This document shows positions 38,744 through 49,345 of a DNA stretch of 64,000 nt, in pieces. Numbering within the stretch: position 1 is the first letter of the stretch; each line of letters begins with the position of its first letter. A program made the position numbers and the translations under genes. Below the pieces are notes generated by a model, which was given only the letters and a program-made list of their open reading frames with translations, was not told where the DNA came from and did not search any database. This DNA comes from Candidatus Latescibacterota bacterium (GTDB taxonomy: Bacteria; Latescibacterota; UBA2968; UBA8231): contig CBDFJF010000001.1 in NCBI GenBank assembly GCA_965248265.1, forward strand, positions 1,920,001 to 1,984,000. The letters run 5' to 3'.

Positions 38744-40758
38744 GCCTTCTCTCTGCGCTCGCTCTGTGAGGTTGCCACGCTCCAATAGCTCTCTCCTCCA
38801 GTGAGGAGTTCGCAGGTTTCTGCCTCCCAATCTACTGCCACCCGCCACTGCCGATCCTCGATCCGCAAATCCATATACCGATCACGGTAGCGCAGGTCCA
38901 CGTCCGAACTCGCCTCTCTCGTTATGACATAACTCAACCTGAGCGGCGCCCGGCCTCTCGAAGTGAGGCTACAACAAGCCCGAGCGTGCCGAACGCCGAA
39001 CTGAGGCGAGTACCAACTGCGCCTTGAGCCGCTATCCCCGTGGCTGCATTCAACTTCATCGCATTCTGTCCCTGTCAGCGTGTAGTTGTTGCCGTTTCGT
39101 GAGATGCGTGCTGTTCGACCTGCGGATGTTACCTCAGCATCAGGATGGAAGTGCAGTAGGCTGGCTGCCTCATGGATGCCGTGACCGGTTATTTCATCGA
39201 TGACAACAAGCCAATATTCCCAAGCGAAAAACACGATCCGGTTGTGTACTGGCGAACCTTTAAGAGCGCGATAGCCATCGTGACTGGACCGGAAGCAGCT
39301 GATCCCGTCCCCTATGGGCACGCTCACCCGCCCGGGACGCGCTCTCCTTGCGACCCTGAAGCTACCCCAGACTTCAGAGTTGTCTTCGCCGTCGACCACC
39401 ACTGTATTGTGTGCCGCCGTGCTGCGAAAGAACGTGCGCCATTCTCCAGTCGTGTACTCAAATATGCCGCTGTCGGTCACCAATGGCAGGCCGTCGAGCC
39501 AAAGCTCGTAGCTCAGCGAGTCCGCGTGACCGTGGGCTGGCAGGTAATCTGGACAGACATCGCCTGCATCAATGACGGCGCAGTTGCCTTGGCGACCACC
39601 GAGGATGAAATACCCGGTTGCCCCCAATTTGCCGGACGGCGTGTCACAGACGTCAGTAACCGCTGTTCCTGGCTGCATTGAGGGACGGGAGAGCCAACGG
39701 ATAAGGTCGGCATCACCAAGTTCCTCTTGCTTGGCTAGTCTGTGTGAAACATCGATTACGAATCTCGGATCCGGTGTCTGATCGAAGGCGGTATCTCCTA
39801 GCAACGGCAACACGCCCTGAGGCAGCAAGAGCGCGCTGGCGTAACCTGCCATGGCGCTCAGGTGTGAACGGAGTACTGTTGTTTCGGTAGCCTTGTTGCT
39901 CTGTAAGACCATGACACACTCAGCCAGGAGTCGCATGACCTTGAGGTGGTACATGGGACTCCTCTCGAAATGACCACCGTCCGAGAGAATTTGTTCATTC
40001 AGTTCCGTTTGCAACGTTGTTTTGGCGTGTGCGAGCCACTCAGCAGCCTCGTGTCCCTCAAAAAAACACCCCCCCATGATCAGAGCTCTCAAGTTTTCGA
40101 GCAGGTGGTTTCCCCTCACATGAGACTCGAGATTCCGGCGCAGGAAACGGCACTGAGACCAGAGTGACCCCAACAGTTCGGTACGAAAGGAGGGACATTG
40201 CTCCAGGTGATCGTGCAGTAACTGGATGGCGACAGTACAGTTGCCCACGCGGAGGGAGGCGGTGTAGGGGTGCCATGCATCAGCTGTTCCCACCGGATTC
40301 TCCCTTATCCAGCTCGTGGCCAGTCGACGGAACGCCTGAAATTCCTCCGCCTCACCAGCGGATCTTGCCGCCAAACCGAGATCTAACGCGAACTCCCAAT
40401 AGTGAAGGTGATACCTCCAGAGCTGTGGCATATCCGGGCATCGCCAATCAATTCGCGCACCGAAACACCTCTTCTTGTTGAGAAATTCGAACTGGTTCTC
40501 CGTTGCTGCTGACGCCCGCTCGAGCACTTCAAGCGCCACACTGTCTTCGCCGGTTTCGGAGCGTGTGAGCCTGGCAAACGGCGCCAGGGATCGAATTGGA
40601 GTCTCAGCATTCGGAGCACCACGAGCATAGAGCCATCCAAACATCGTCGGCGCACGTCGATGAGCTCTTTGCAGAAATTCGAAGCGAATCCGCAGAATGA
40701 TCTGTCGTAAGGGGATGTAGCGCAGGGTTCGAACAAACAGCGGGAGTCGTGCGATCAT
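38740..40758 (-). CDS. Heparinase II/III family protein
   Basis: LWRYHLHY, GNHLLEN, DGGHFERSPMYH, HGHADSLS, RSTAAHNT, SEVWGSFRVARR. Confidence 0.9.
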   Translation of the reverse strand: MIARLPLFVRTLRYIPLRQIILRIRFEFLQRAHRRAPTMFGWLYARGAPNAETPIRSLAPFARLTRSETGEDSVALEVLERASAATENQFEFLNKKRCFGARIDWRCPDMPQLWRYHLHYWEFALDLGLAARSAGEAEEFQAFRRLATSWIRENPVGTADAWHPYTASLRVGNCTVAIQLLHDHLEQCPSFRTELLGSLWSQCRFLRRNLESHVRGNHLLENLRALIMGGCFFEGHEAAEWLAHAKTTLQTELNEQILSDGGHFERSPMYHLKVMRLLAECVMVLQSNKATETTVLRSHLSAMAGYASALLLPQGVLPLLGDTAFDQTPDPRFVIDVSHRLAKQEELGDADLIRWLSRPSMQPGTAVTDVCDTPSGKLGATGYFILGGRQGNCAVIDAGDVCPDYLPAHGHADSLSYELWLDGLPLVTDSGIFEYTTGEWRTFFRSTAAHNTVVVDGEDNSEVWGSFRVARRARPGRVSVPIGDGISCFRSSHDGYRALKGSPVHNRIVFFAWEYWLVVIDEITGHGIHEAASLLHFHPDAEVTSAGRTARISRNGNNYTLTGTECDEVECSHGDSGSRRSWYSPQFGVRHARACCSLTSRGRAPLRLSYVITREASSDVDLRYRDRYMDLRIEDRQWRVAVDWEAETCELLTGGESYWSVATSQSERREKA

Positions 40759-40868
40759 GTGTGCGGAACACCAGCGGATGTTTTCAAGGAGTCGCTGATG
40801 TCAAAGGTGCTGCGCATGACCTCGACCAGAGAAGGGCCCGTCATGAGATCTTGCACAACCTGCCTCAT
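40755..40868 (-). pseudogene. 37-aa in-frame head-tail relic of a bi-domain oxidoreductase gene
   Basis: MRQVVQDLMTGPSLVEVMRSTFDISDSLKTSAGVPHT*. The head resembles MKQVLQNRRSG and the tail resembles IAVTRTTLLVQQVLKTG of the 10838-12982 product. ATGA overlaps at both ends. Confidence 0.7.
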
Positions 40869-41635
40869 GCCGACTTGGTTCCGCGAACGACGATAAACCA
40901 GCCCAGGTCGTGAGGGACGATTTTATACATCCATTTAGGGAGGAATCTCTCTCTGCTCATGCGCATGTCATAGGGGGTCAGTATCGTATTCACCTGCAGA
41001 TCAGGTAGATCGGGAAACATCCCCCGAGCCTCCGACCTCGTGTAGGCCTTGGTGCCGGGGCTCTCCATATGCTCTGACAGCACCGTGCGAAGGGATCTCC
41101 ACGGTTGCCCCCTCAGGAGGGCATAGATTATCCAGGTCTGCAGCGCCACGATGGATCTGCGATGGTACAACATCACGCACACCTCGCCACCTGGCCGACA
41201 GACCCTCACTATTTCTCGTGCAGCCGCTACGGTGTCGGTGGTGTGATGGATGACACCCCAGCTGTAGACCAAGTCGAAAGCTCCGTCATCGAAGGGGAGT
41301 CGCTCCGCGTCGGCTTGTAACAACCGTGAAGAGAGTCCGCGAAGACGCAGTCGCTCGGCAGTAAGCTGGAGAGAGCGTCGTGTTAGATCGGTCCCGACAG
41401 CCGCAGCGCCTGCCTGCAGAAACTCGGTGTGGTCCGTACCGACACCGGTGCCCACTTCGAGAACTCGGCGGCCGGCCCACGAGGGGAATCTCGCGTAGTC
41501 GTGTATAAAAGGTTCGAGCTGGTACCGCCTTCTGGCTATGTGCTCGAAATACTCCCGTTCCCCCTCCTGCTCGGGCACGTCCCGCGTCCCGCACGGTTCG
41601 CTCTCCCAAAAGGCGGCGACATCACTCTTCATCAT
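40865..41635 (-). CDS. Class I SAM methyltransferase
   Basis: FWESEPCGTR, VLEVGTGVGTD, LPFDDGAFDLVYSWGVIHH, ESPGTKAYT. True start is 41635 or 41632, not 42106. Confidence 0.9.
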   Translation of the reverse strand: MMKSDVAAFWESEPCGTRDVPEQEGEREYFEHIARRRYQLEPFIHDYARFPSWAGRRVLEVGTGVGTDHTEFLQAGAAAVGTDLTRRSLQLTAERLRLRGLSSRLLQADAERLPFDDGAFDLVYSWGVIHHTTDTVAAAREIVRVCRPGGEVCVMLYHRRSIVALQTWIIYALLRGQPWRSLRTVLSEHMESPGTKAYTRSEARGMFPDLPDLQVNTILTPYDMRMSRERFLPKWMYKIVPHDLGWFIVVRGTKSA

Positions 41636-42110
41636 TCTTTTGGACACTGGACCTTTGATTTCCTCCCATAGTAGGCGATCACCCCCAAGACGGCGGCTCC
41701 CCCATAGAACACCAACAGCATGAGGGTCGAAAAGAGCACGGCAGTCTCGGCCTTCAGATCGTATACCTCGAAGGCGCGCACCAGGAACGCGTCGCGAGTG
41801 CCCAACCCCAGCAATCGAAACGGGCAAGAGCACCACCATATTGGCTGCCGCCGCGGTTGTCGTCAGTTGCGCCAGATCTATGTGTCCGCCCACCCCCAGG
41901 GAACACGCCAGGAAATAGATCTGCAGACCGAAAATGACGAACGCTCCGATGGTGAGCGCCACTGCGGATCCTGAAATTGAAGCACGCATGACGGCAGCCG
42001 AGCGATGGCTTGGGCCACTTCCGAAGAGCGTCGGCGTAGTCTGTATCCGAGATCTGCCTTTTTCTGCCTGTTGCGGTAGTAATGTACGTAGTCCACCGAC
42101 CCTCACTCAT
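41632..42110 (-). pseudogene. Deleted and frameshifted lysylphosphatidylglycerol-synthase TM gene
   Basis: LLPVSIAG/LGTRDAFLV is split by an extra G near 41808. Only the C-terminal part remains, behind a short N-terminus from ATG 42110. Confidence 0.75.
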
Positions 42111-43470
42111 CTCCCCCGACTTCATTCTCCGTCGAAAGCAGGAGTGCGAAGGCCACTCCCTGGAAGAGCCAGAAATACGTACGGATCACCGGATGATAGA
42201 GCCCATCCCACTCGAGAAACATTGCACCGCACGCCAGCAGGGAAAGCGCCAAAGTGCGCCGCTGCCCGGGCCGGGCTTCGGGGATCCCAGCGCCGTGTCG
42301 TATCAGCCCGATCCAGATATAACCGCACAGGATCGCAAAGATCGCCACCCCCAGGACTCCTCTCTCTGCGAGCATGATCAGGTACATATTGTCTGCCGTT
42401 TTCACGGTGCCACCGTGCGCCTCGACATCTGACCGGACGTAATTGTCGCGTACCTCGGTATAACGCCCGGTACCGACTCCAATGAGGGGGGACGAGCGCA
42501 GCATCTCGCCCGCCACGCGATATTGCGATAACCGGTAGGCCAGCGACGTGCCGCTCAGAACATTCTGCACGACGCGTCGGGCAATTAAATCCGTAACGTC
42601 TGTCGCAGACGTCCGCTCCTGCAAGCCAATCGTCCTCATACCTCCCCATACGACCGACCACCCCAGAAGCAGACAGACACCGGTCGTCAGGAGATATTGC
42701 CGGTCTTCCGAGAGGCGGCGTCTCACCGGGCGATACAGGAGTACTGCAACGAGCACCATTCCTCCTACGGCCCAGCCACCACGAGAAAGCGCAAACAGGA
42801 CGCAGGCGATGTGTGCCCCCGCTGCCACCAGCCACCCCATGCGCTCCAGGGGGCGGGGCGAACTCTCGTACCGTTGAACACAGAGAGGCATGGACATGCA
42901 CAGCAACGTTGCCAGTGGAATCGGGTTTCCCACTGTTGAGGTGGCCTGGTCGGGGGTGAAATACGGATTGTTGGAAAGGTACCACTCTTCAAACAGCGGA
43001 TTTGAGCCATGGACGACTTCGATGACCCCGTAGACGGATATCGCCGTGCCGATCAAAGCCACCCAAGACAGCAGACCATGCAACTCCCGGGCCTCGCGGA
43101 AGGCAACCGGCACAAGCACCATAACGGTGACTCCAGTCGCTGCATAGTGGACCGATCGTCCGAGCCCCAACCAGTTGCCGGTTACAACCGATCCCAGCGT
43201 CATCTGAATCGTGTAGAGGGCTGCCAGGATAAGGACTGTCTTGCCAGCACGTGAGGCTGTCAGAATCGAAAGGTGCTTTGCTCCCATGAGCGCCAGAACG
43301 CAGCAGCCCAGTGTCGGCAAGTATTTGAGGACTGGTATGCTCGTCCCTGCGAACGAGATGGGCGGCAGGTAGTAGAATGGGACAAGGCCAGCGTAGATGA
43401 TGAGAACGCGGACCCCCCATCTCAGTCCATGTATGCCTGACACCACAGCTCTAATGCGACGAGCGCCCAT
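42103..43470 (-). CDS. O-antigen ligase family membrane protein
   Basis: STVGNP, ALSRGG, PLIGVGTG, ADNMYLIMLAERGVLG. Start uncertain; possibly ATG 43420 with a frameshift. Confidence 0.85.
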   Translation of the reverse strand: MGARRIRAVVSGIHGLRWGVRVLIIYAGLVPFYYLPPISFAGTSIPVLKYLPTLGCCVLALMGAKHLSILTASRAGKTVLILAALYTIQMTLGSVVTGNWLGLGRSVHYAATGVTVMVLVPVAFREARELHGLLSWVALIGTAISVYGVIEVVHGSNPLFEEWYLSNNPYFTPDQATSTVGNPIPLATLLCMSMPLCVQRYESSPRPLERMGWLVAAGAHIACVLFALSRGGWAVGGMVLVAVLLYRPVRRRLSEDRQYLLTTGVCLLLGWSVVWGGMRTIGLQERTSATDVTDLIARRVVQNVLSGTSLAYRLSQYRVAGEMLRSSPLIGVGTGRYTEVRDNYVRSDVEAHGGTVKTADNMYLIMLAERGVLGVAIFAILCGYIWIGLIRHGAGIPEARPGQRRTLALSLLACGAMFLEWDGLYHPVIRTYFWLFQGVAFALLLSTENEVGGDE

Positions 43471-45302
43471 ACATGCAGAGAGTTGTCTCGTTTACCCGAT
43501 CTCTGCATCCGCACGAGATTCGTCACCGCGGAGGGGTTGAAAAGTCCACGGGAGCGGACCCGCTGCGTCGACAGTGTATCTTCCACGAGCGGGGCAAGAT
43601 CGTCCCGCAGCCACATTCCGATTGGCGGGTTCAGCCCGATCTTCCCGCTTCTTGTTACTTCTTCGGGCAGCAGCTCTTCGAAGGCCTTCCGTAAGATCCA
43701 CTTGGTCTGCCTGCCGGAGAGCTTCAACTGACCGGAAATCGAAGCCGCCGTTTCGACGACTTTGTGATCGGTGAATGGCACCCGGAGTTCGAGTCCATGC
43801 GCCATACTCATCCGGTCCGAATATTGCAGTACGTTGAACGGTAGAAACGAGTGCAGATCCACATAAGATGCCCGTAGTGCGGGATCGTGCACTTCAGGTA
43901 CATCGTAGAGTGCACGTACAAATTCTCCTGAATCGGACCCGTGCGTCGCATTCTGAAACCAGGGCTCATACAACTCATGCTTATCGTTATCGCTTAGATA
44001 CCCAACCCAGTCCAGACATCGCTCGCCCGGCTTCAGGGGAAGAGCTCGGAGGAACTGGCGCAGACGCCGGGTAGTGTGGTGGCCCGACCTGCTCTCTGGA
44101 ATCAGTTCGACTGCGCGCGCCATCGCCGGACTCAGTTGTCGCAGCACTCCCAGTCTATCTGCGATTCGCGCCCCAAGGTAACGAGGGTACCCCAGAAAAA
44201 CTTCGTCCCCGCCGTCCCCGGCCAGAGCGACACTCACGTGCTCTTTCAACATCTTCGACAGTACGAAAATCAGCACAGCGGTGGGATTCCCAAAAGGCTG
44301 ATCGAATTGGGTGACAACCTCGGGCACTACTTCGGCAACCCGGAAGTCCACTTCCAACTCACGATGGTGCGTACCGAAATGTTGTGCCACCCGACGAGCT
44401 GCATCTCTCTCGTCGTATCTGCGTCCCTCGGCGCCAAATCCTATTGTGAAACTGTTTACCTTCTCTCCGGTTTGTGCCAGCAGACCTACCACGACCGAAG
44501 AATCAAGGCCCCCGCTGAGCAGCGCTCCGATCGGGACATCAGACACTCGCCGAATGTCTACCGCCTCACGAACACCTTTCTGCACGGCGAAGATGGCCTC
44601 TTCTTCATCCAGAATCGTCTCCGAGAACTGCACGTCCCAGTATCGTTCTATCCTGAGTGTGCCTCCGCGCCACTTCAGCCAGTGGCCAGGCGGCAATTCG
44701 TGAATCCCCTCAAATGCTGTCCTTGGCGGCGGTATATACAGGTAGGTCAGATAGTCATGGATCGCCACGGGATCGAGGCGGCGCTCCGCCTGACTGTAGC
44801 AGAGCAGGGCTTTGATCTCGCTTGCGAACAGCAGTCGGTTGCCGTGGATCATGTAATACAAAGGTTTGACGCCGATCCGATCCCGGACCAGAACCAGCTC
44901 GCTCTCTTCTTTGTCCCAGATGGCGAAGGCGAACATCCCACGGAGTCGATCGAGACAGCCGAGGCCCATCTCTTCCCAGAGGTGGACGATCACCTCCGAG
45001 TCCGTTCGCGATTTCATTCTGTGACCACGCTCAAGCAGATCCTCACGCAGTCCCAGAAAGTTGTAGATCTCTCCATTGTAGGTCAGCCAGAAGCGCTCGC
45101 GTTCATCGGTCATCGGCTGCCTGCCAGCTGGCGACAGGTCGATGATACTGAGCCTCCGATGGCCTATTCCAGCCGCCGTCTCGGCGGTACCTGGAAAAAG
45201 GACCTCTCCCCCGTCATCTGGCCCGCGATGCGCTAAAGCTTCACACATTCGGCTGAGAAGGGGGCCATCTGCCAATCCGACCATGCCCGCAATACCGCAC
45301 AC
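43422..45302 (-). CDS. asnB: Asparagine synthase family amidotransferase (second copy)
   Basis: GTG-CGIAG, HRGPD, HRRLSIIDL, LSGGLDSS, GDGGDE, DRMSMAHGLELRVP. Confidence 0.93.
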   Translation of the reverse strand: MCGIAGMVGLADGPLLSRMCEALAHRGPDDGGEVLFPGTAETAAGIGHRRLSIIDLSPAGRQPMTDERERFWLTYNGEIYNFLGLREDLLERGHRMKSRTDSEVIVHLWEEMGLGCLDRLRGMFAFAIWDKEESELVLVRDRIGVKPLYYMIHGNRLLFASEIKALLCYSQAERRLDPVAIHDYLTYLYIPPPRTAFEGIHELPPGHWLKWRGGTLRIERYWDVQFSETILDEEEAIFAVQKGVREAVDIRRVSDVPIGALLSGGLDSSVVVGLLAQTGEKVNSFTIGFGAEGRRYDERDAARRVAQHFGTHHRELEVDFRVAEVVPEVVTQFDQPFGNPTAVLIFVLSKMLKEHVSVALAGDGGDEVFLGYPRYLGARIADRLGVLRQLSPAMARAVELIPESRSGHHTTRRLRQFLRALPLKPGERCLDWVGYLSDNDKHELYEPWFQNATHGSDSGEFVRALYDVPEVHDPALRASYVDLHSFLPFNVLQYSDRMSMAHGLELRVPFTDHKVVETAASISGQLKLSGRQTKWILRKAFEELLPEEVTRSGKIGLNPPIGMWLRDDLAPLVEDTLSTQRVRSRGLFNPSAVTNLVRMQRSGKRDNSLHVWALVALELWCQAYMD

Positions 45303-45307
45303 TCGAG

Positions 45308-46423
45308 TTACCCAGCCACCTCTTCCAGCAACTGCACGAGGTTTTCTGCTGTTCTCGACCAACGGAAGCTGGAGACTCTTTTTTTGCCGGACATGATAAG
45401 ACGTTCACGCTGCTCGTCATCGGTAAGCAGCGCCGACATGGCGGTCGCCATCGCATCGACGCTGAACGGGTCGAAGTATAATGCTGCATCCCCTGCTACT
45501 TCCCGACACACAGGTATGTCAGAGCACGCCAGAGGCACGCCGCTCTGCATGGCCTCTAGGATGGGGTGCCCGAAGGTTTCCAGGTATGATGGAAAGACGC
45601 AGAGCGCTGCCCGTGTGTAGTATTCGCCCACGTCCTTGTATGGAACAGCGCCGACAAGATTGACGCGGTCGCCGAGCTCGAAGCGTCGGATGGTCTCGGT
45701 CATCTCGTCCCAGTGACTGCTGTCCAGATTTCTGCCGACAATCAGAAGCTGCTCAGGCCGTCCCTCCCGTATGAGTCGTGCGTAGGCCTCGATGAGGCGC
45801 ACGAAGTTCTTGTAACGATAGATTGACGAAACGGACAGGATGTACGGCTCGTTGGCGTCAAGTCTCCGAGCTTCTTTTCGGTCGCCGAAATTCTCGGCTA
45901 TGCCGTGGTGAATCACCCGTGACGGTATGTGGTGTAGTGAGAAAGCATCCATGTAATGCCTCGACGAAGCAGCCGAGACGTAAACGAGTGCATCTGCTCT
46001 TCTGGCCGAGAGTCGGGAAATCAGCCGTAATAGCCGCAGTCGCCAACGCTGCGCGATTTCCCATTCAATGCCGGTGGCCACGGTGTTGGGGTTCCGAAGC
46101 ATGAGTATGATTTTGGTCCGACCAGGTGCTAGGAGGGGTCCGACATCCGCCGGACATATGATCGCGGCAGCTCGGAGCTTCCATGCCATCAAGGGAAGAA
46201 TCACCTGCTCGAAGATGAGCCTCACGGCCAGCGAGTGACCCGCGGGAACGGCGATCACCCGAATCCCCTGAGCGTCGACCGCCCTGAGCTTTCGCGCTGC
46301 GGAACGATCGACGACCACGTAGTACCGGTGCTGCAAGACTCGCGCCAGTTCCGGGAGGATGTTATGGATATAGGTCCATCCTCCGCCAATTGACGCGGAG
46401 AGACAATTCAGAACTATGGTCAC
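45308..46423 (-). CDS. GT4 glycosyltransferase
   Basis: GGGWTY, YKN, FPSYLETFGHPILEAM; GTG 46423 overlaps the upstream stop. Confidence 0.9.
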   Translation of the reverse strand: MTIVLNCLSASIGGGWTYIHNILPELARVLQHRYYVVVDRSAARKLRAVDAQGIRVIAVPAGHSLAVRLIFEQVILPLMAWKLRAAAIICPADVGPLLAPGRTKIILMLRNPNTVATGIEWEIAQRWRLRLLRLISRLSARRADALVYVSAASSRHYMDAFSLHHIPSRVIHHGIAENFGDRKEARRLDANEPYILSVSSIYRYKNFVRLIEAYARLIREGRPEQLLIVGRNLDSSHWDEMTETIRRFELGDRVNLVGAVPYKDVGEYYTRAALCVFPSYLETFGHPILEAMQSGVPLACSDIPVCREVAGDAALYFDPFSVDAMATAMSALLTDDEQRERLIMSGKKRVSSFRWSRTAENLVQLLEEVAG

Positions 46424-47793
46424 TGAATGTCTTTGATTTGAGTCTTGAGCCACATAAGTACGCCGGTGAAAAACCAGAATGGCATGAGCCGTGCGGAATC
46501 GCTCAACGTAGGGTGACCCTTGATGGCCACGAAAATCACCGCAATCTGCAGTGCCGCCAGCGTCACTGCATGCGGGAGCGCATGCGTCCCTCGAGTATCT
46601 CGAACCGCAGACAGACCGGCAGCTAGAGCGCAGGTCCAAAATCCGCAGTAAGCAAGCAGGTGGAGTGGACCGCCTTCGACGAGCAGCATGACGATCCCGC
46701 TGTCGGAGCTGACCCCCGTGGAAACGGGCAGGTTCGGACTCAGCAGCCGCACTTGCCCGTAGGTACCAACTCCCTGACCCAGCGCGCCCGCCACGTGCAC
46801 AGCCCGCAGAGTGTCATCAACCAGCCATCCTGCCCTCAGCCAAATCTCGGTGGTCAGAGTGTATGCGAAGAAGTCGACCCAGGTCGCTAGACTTGCCGAC
46901 AGGTAGGGGAATATCGCCACGACCAGGAGAGCGGCGACGCCGGCTCCTAGCATCAGTCCGCGGCGAATGCCTCGGATACGCTGTCCTGTTCGATCGCTGA
47001 GCCGGGCCGACATCTGCACCGCCGTGAGCATGCCGACCACTGCCACGAGTAGGATCAATCGTCGACCCGAAAGGAGCACGGCCAACAGACCTGCGCTCAT
47101 CAACAACCACGCGCGCCGGTCGCCGTTGACCGCCAGTGCTCCGGCGAGAAAGGTTAGAATCAACGACATGAAGGCCATGCGATCCGCCGACAGGAACCAC
47201 GCCGCGGCCAACGGCACCGATCCCTTGTAATGACTGTGAAATAAATGTGCCGCTGCACCGGGGAGAAATAGCGACTCAAGAGCCTCGGGCATCAGTGCCG
47301 TGACGCCGTCGTACCCCAGCAGGATCTGTGCCGTGGCAGTCACCGCTATCGGCACGGCAAACCAGCACAGAGCCCGGCTGAATCGCGAAAGCCCACTCAT
47401 ATCCCGAAAGCACATCAGCCCGACACAGACCATTGGCACGTAGAAGAGGTCGTTTCGCAAAACCACCATCTTCCCGAGTGGTCCTGCGGGTGAGAGAGTG
47501 AGCATCAGAAGGACCCAGGCGGCGAATCCGCTGTAGAGCAGGACAAGAGGTATCCGAGGCATGCTCCGACGCCCCCAGGCGACATGAAACAGCATCGACA
47601 GGTAGGTGAGACCGATCAGGCCGTCCCTCAACAACTGGACCCACAGCGCGTCGCCGGGAAGGAGCTTGCGTGCTACATCCTCCAGCAGGAGGGCGCCGAA
47701 AGCGAGCCACACCCCAACCCGCCAATCATGTAGGATGAACACGACCAACGACAGACACGCAATTCCCACCAACACCGCTCCCTGTCCATCCAT
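46420..47793 (-). CDS. Polytopic membrane protein, Wzy/O-antigen polymerase-like
   Basis: Many TM helices, EDVARK, LLSGRR, GQGVG, DSG...EGG. Confidence 0.65.
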   Translation of the reverse strand: MDGQGAVLVGIACLSLVVFILHDWRVGVWLAFGALLLEDVARKLLPGDALWVQLLRDGLIGLTYLSMLFHVAWGRRSMPRIPLVLLYSGFAAWVLLMLTLSPAGPLGKMVVLRNDLFYVPMVCVGLMCFRDMSGLSRFSRALCWFAVPIAVTATAQILLGYDGVTALMPEALESLFLPGAAAHLFHSHYKGSVPLAAAWFLSADRMAFMSLILTFLAGALAVNGDRRAWLLMSAGLLAVLLSGRRLILLVAVVGMLTAVQMSARLSDRTGQRIRGIRRGLMLGAGVAALLVVAIFPYLSASLATWVDFFAYTLTTEIWLRAGWLVDDTLRAVHVAGALGQGVGTYGQVRLLSPNLPVSTGVSSDSGIVMLLVEGGPLHLLAYCGFWTCALAAGLSAVRDTRGTHALPHAVTLAALQIAVIFVAIKGHPTLSDSARLMPFWFFTGVLMWLKTQIKDIQ

Positions 47794-47805
47794 CGCTTTC
47801 TACTC

Positions 47806-47994
47806 TCAGGGCTCACCGACAATTCCGGCTGGAAGCAAGGCCCGCAGGACGGGTCCTGCAAGATCGCTGAACTGCCGGAAATACATCACATATACGAACA
47901 AGGCCCAGAGCGAGAAGGCCACAGCTCCGCACCACTCCCATTTGGACGGCCGCCGCCTCGCTTCGTCTGACTCAGTTGACATGTCCTCTTCCAA
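47806..47994 (-). CDS. Small single-TM hypothetical protein
   Basis: Hydrophobic stretch VAFSLWALFVYVMYF; fills an operon gap. Start may be 47982. Confidence 0.45.
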   Translation of the reverse strand: MEEDMSTESDEARRRPSKWEWCGAVAFSLWALFVYVMYFRQFSDLAGPVLRALLPAGIVGEP

Positions 47995-49345
47995 CGACCC
48001 ATCGAAATTTTCCGGAAGGATCTGGTGAGAGATGGTCGACGACGGACAACTCGACGTGCATATCGCCGAGATGCTCCGTGAACTGCTTCTCCAGTTTAGC
48101 GCCTTCGCTGGACGTCAGCGGGCGTCTCGTTTCCAGCTTCACCGTTATCTGCCCTGGACCCGTCTCGACAATTCGGTACTTTCTGACAGCTGGTTGGTAG
48201 CGCATGATGTAGTCGAAGAGTTCTGGGTGCACATACTCGCCGTTGGGCCGCCTGATCAGGTCGTTGTCCCGCCCGACCAGGCTTTTCATCACGGAAAGCT
48301 CGCGACCGCATGAGCATCTCTCTGTCGACAATGAGCCGACGTCACCAATCCGATAGCGTAGTAGAGGCAATCCAAAACTCCGGAGATGCGTTACGACGAG
48401 ATACCCGGCTCCATCTGCGGCCGACTCACCGCCTTCGATCTCTGTCAGTATCGTCTCGTCCGCAAGATGCAGCGATCCGTTCTGACACTCGTTTGCCATC
48501 ACCCCTGCCTCGACAGAGCCGTACTCGCTGACCAGGCGGCACCCGAAGACCTCCTCGATGAGTTGCCGCTGATTCGGGTATAGTGTCTCGGACGTGTACA
48601 TTGCGACAACGGGTGCTGCGCCATCTATCGACAGCGCATGGTCGCGGATGAAGTCAGCAAAGACATACAGCGCCGTACCGTACCCGAAGAGGATCCTGGG
48701 CCGCTCACGGATCAGGATTCTGTAGCTCTCCATCAGGTAGCGCTCGGAAAGTTCAAAAGCGGATCGAATATGAACGGCGAGAGCCCTGTCTTTGAGGAGA
48801 TGCACTTGCTGCAGAAGCCGACCAGAAACTGACCGGTCGAAGGGCGAGCGATCACCCCAGAGCCTGAGCTCTCGGTCGCCGATATCGATCCCCCACCATC
48901 GCCGCCCGCGGATCATGTTGGCCAGATGATAAGACAGGGCAACCGCGCTTAACCGAAAAGAGACAGGCTCCCCAGTGGACCCGCTGGTCCTGACGGTGCA
49001 CATGCGACCATCCGGCTCTGTAGAATACAGATCGGCCATTCGGGCTCGCAGATCTTCCTTTGTGAGTATCGGAAAGGACGAAAAATCCTCGATGCAGCAG
49101 AAGTCTCCCGGTTCCGCTCCGAGTATCTCGAATTGCTCCCTGTAATAGGGGGAAGAATGATAGCAGTGATCGAGGAGAGCGCGCAGGCTGCTCCATTGCA
49201 GCTCACGGAGTTGCTCCTTGGAGTACCATTGCGACCTGTCCAGCGCGCGCAGAACGGCGGGCGTTTTCCTGGCCAGGAGTCGTTCCTTGATAGGAAAGAG
49301 ACACTTTCTAGCTATCCGGGCGCGCACGTCATCCTCCCATCGCAT
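47972..49345 (-). CDS. Phenylacetate-CoA ligase family (CapK-like) adenylating enzyme
   Basis: PILTK, TSGSTGEP, EYGSVE, PLLRYRIGD, GRDND, SGKFR. Confidence 0.9.
   Translation of the reverse strand: MRWEDDVRARIARKCLFPIKERLLARKTPAVLRALDRSQWYSKEQLRELQWSSLRALLDHCYHSSPYYREQFEILGAEPGDFCCIEDFSSFPILTKEDLRARMADLYSTEPDGRMCTVRTSGSTGEPVSFRLSAVALSYHLANMIRGRRWWGIDIGDRELRLWGDRSPFDRSVSGRLLQQVHLLKDRALAVHIRSAFELSERYLMESYRILIRERPRILFGYGTALYVFADFIRDHALSIDGAAPVVAMYTSETLYPNQRQLIEEVFGCRLVSEYGSVEAGVMANECQNGSLHLADETILTEIEGGESAADGAGYLVVTHLRSFGLPLLRYRIGDVGSLSTERCSCGRELSVMKSLVGRDNDLIRRPNGEYVHPELFDYIMRYQPAVRKYRIVETGPGQITVKLETRRPLTSSEGAKLEKQFTEHLGDMHVELSVVDHLSPDPSGKFRWVVGRGHVN

Noticed and set aside
40865-42106. 413-aa flippase-methyltransferase fusion in the ORF track
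   Set aside because: Produced by the frameshift near 41808. The methyltransferase has its own ATG overlapping the relic's stop.
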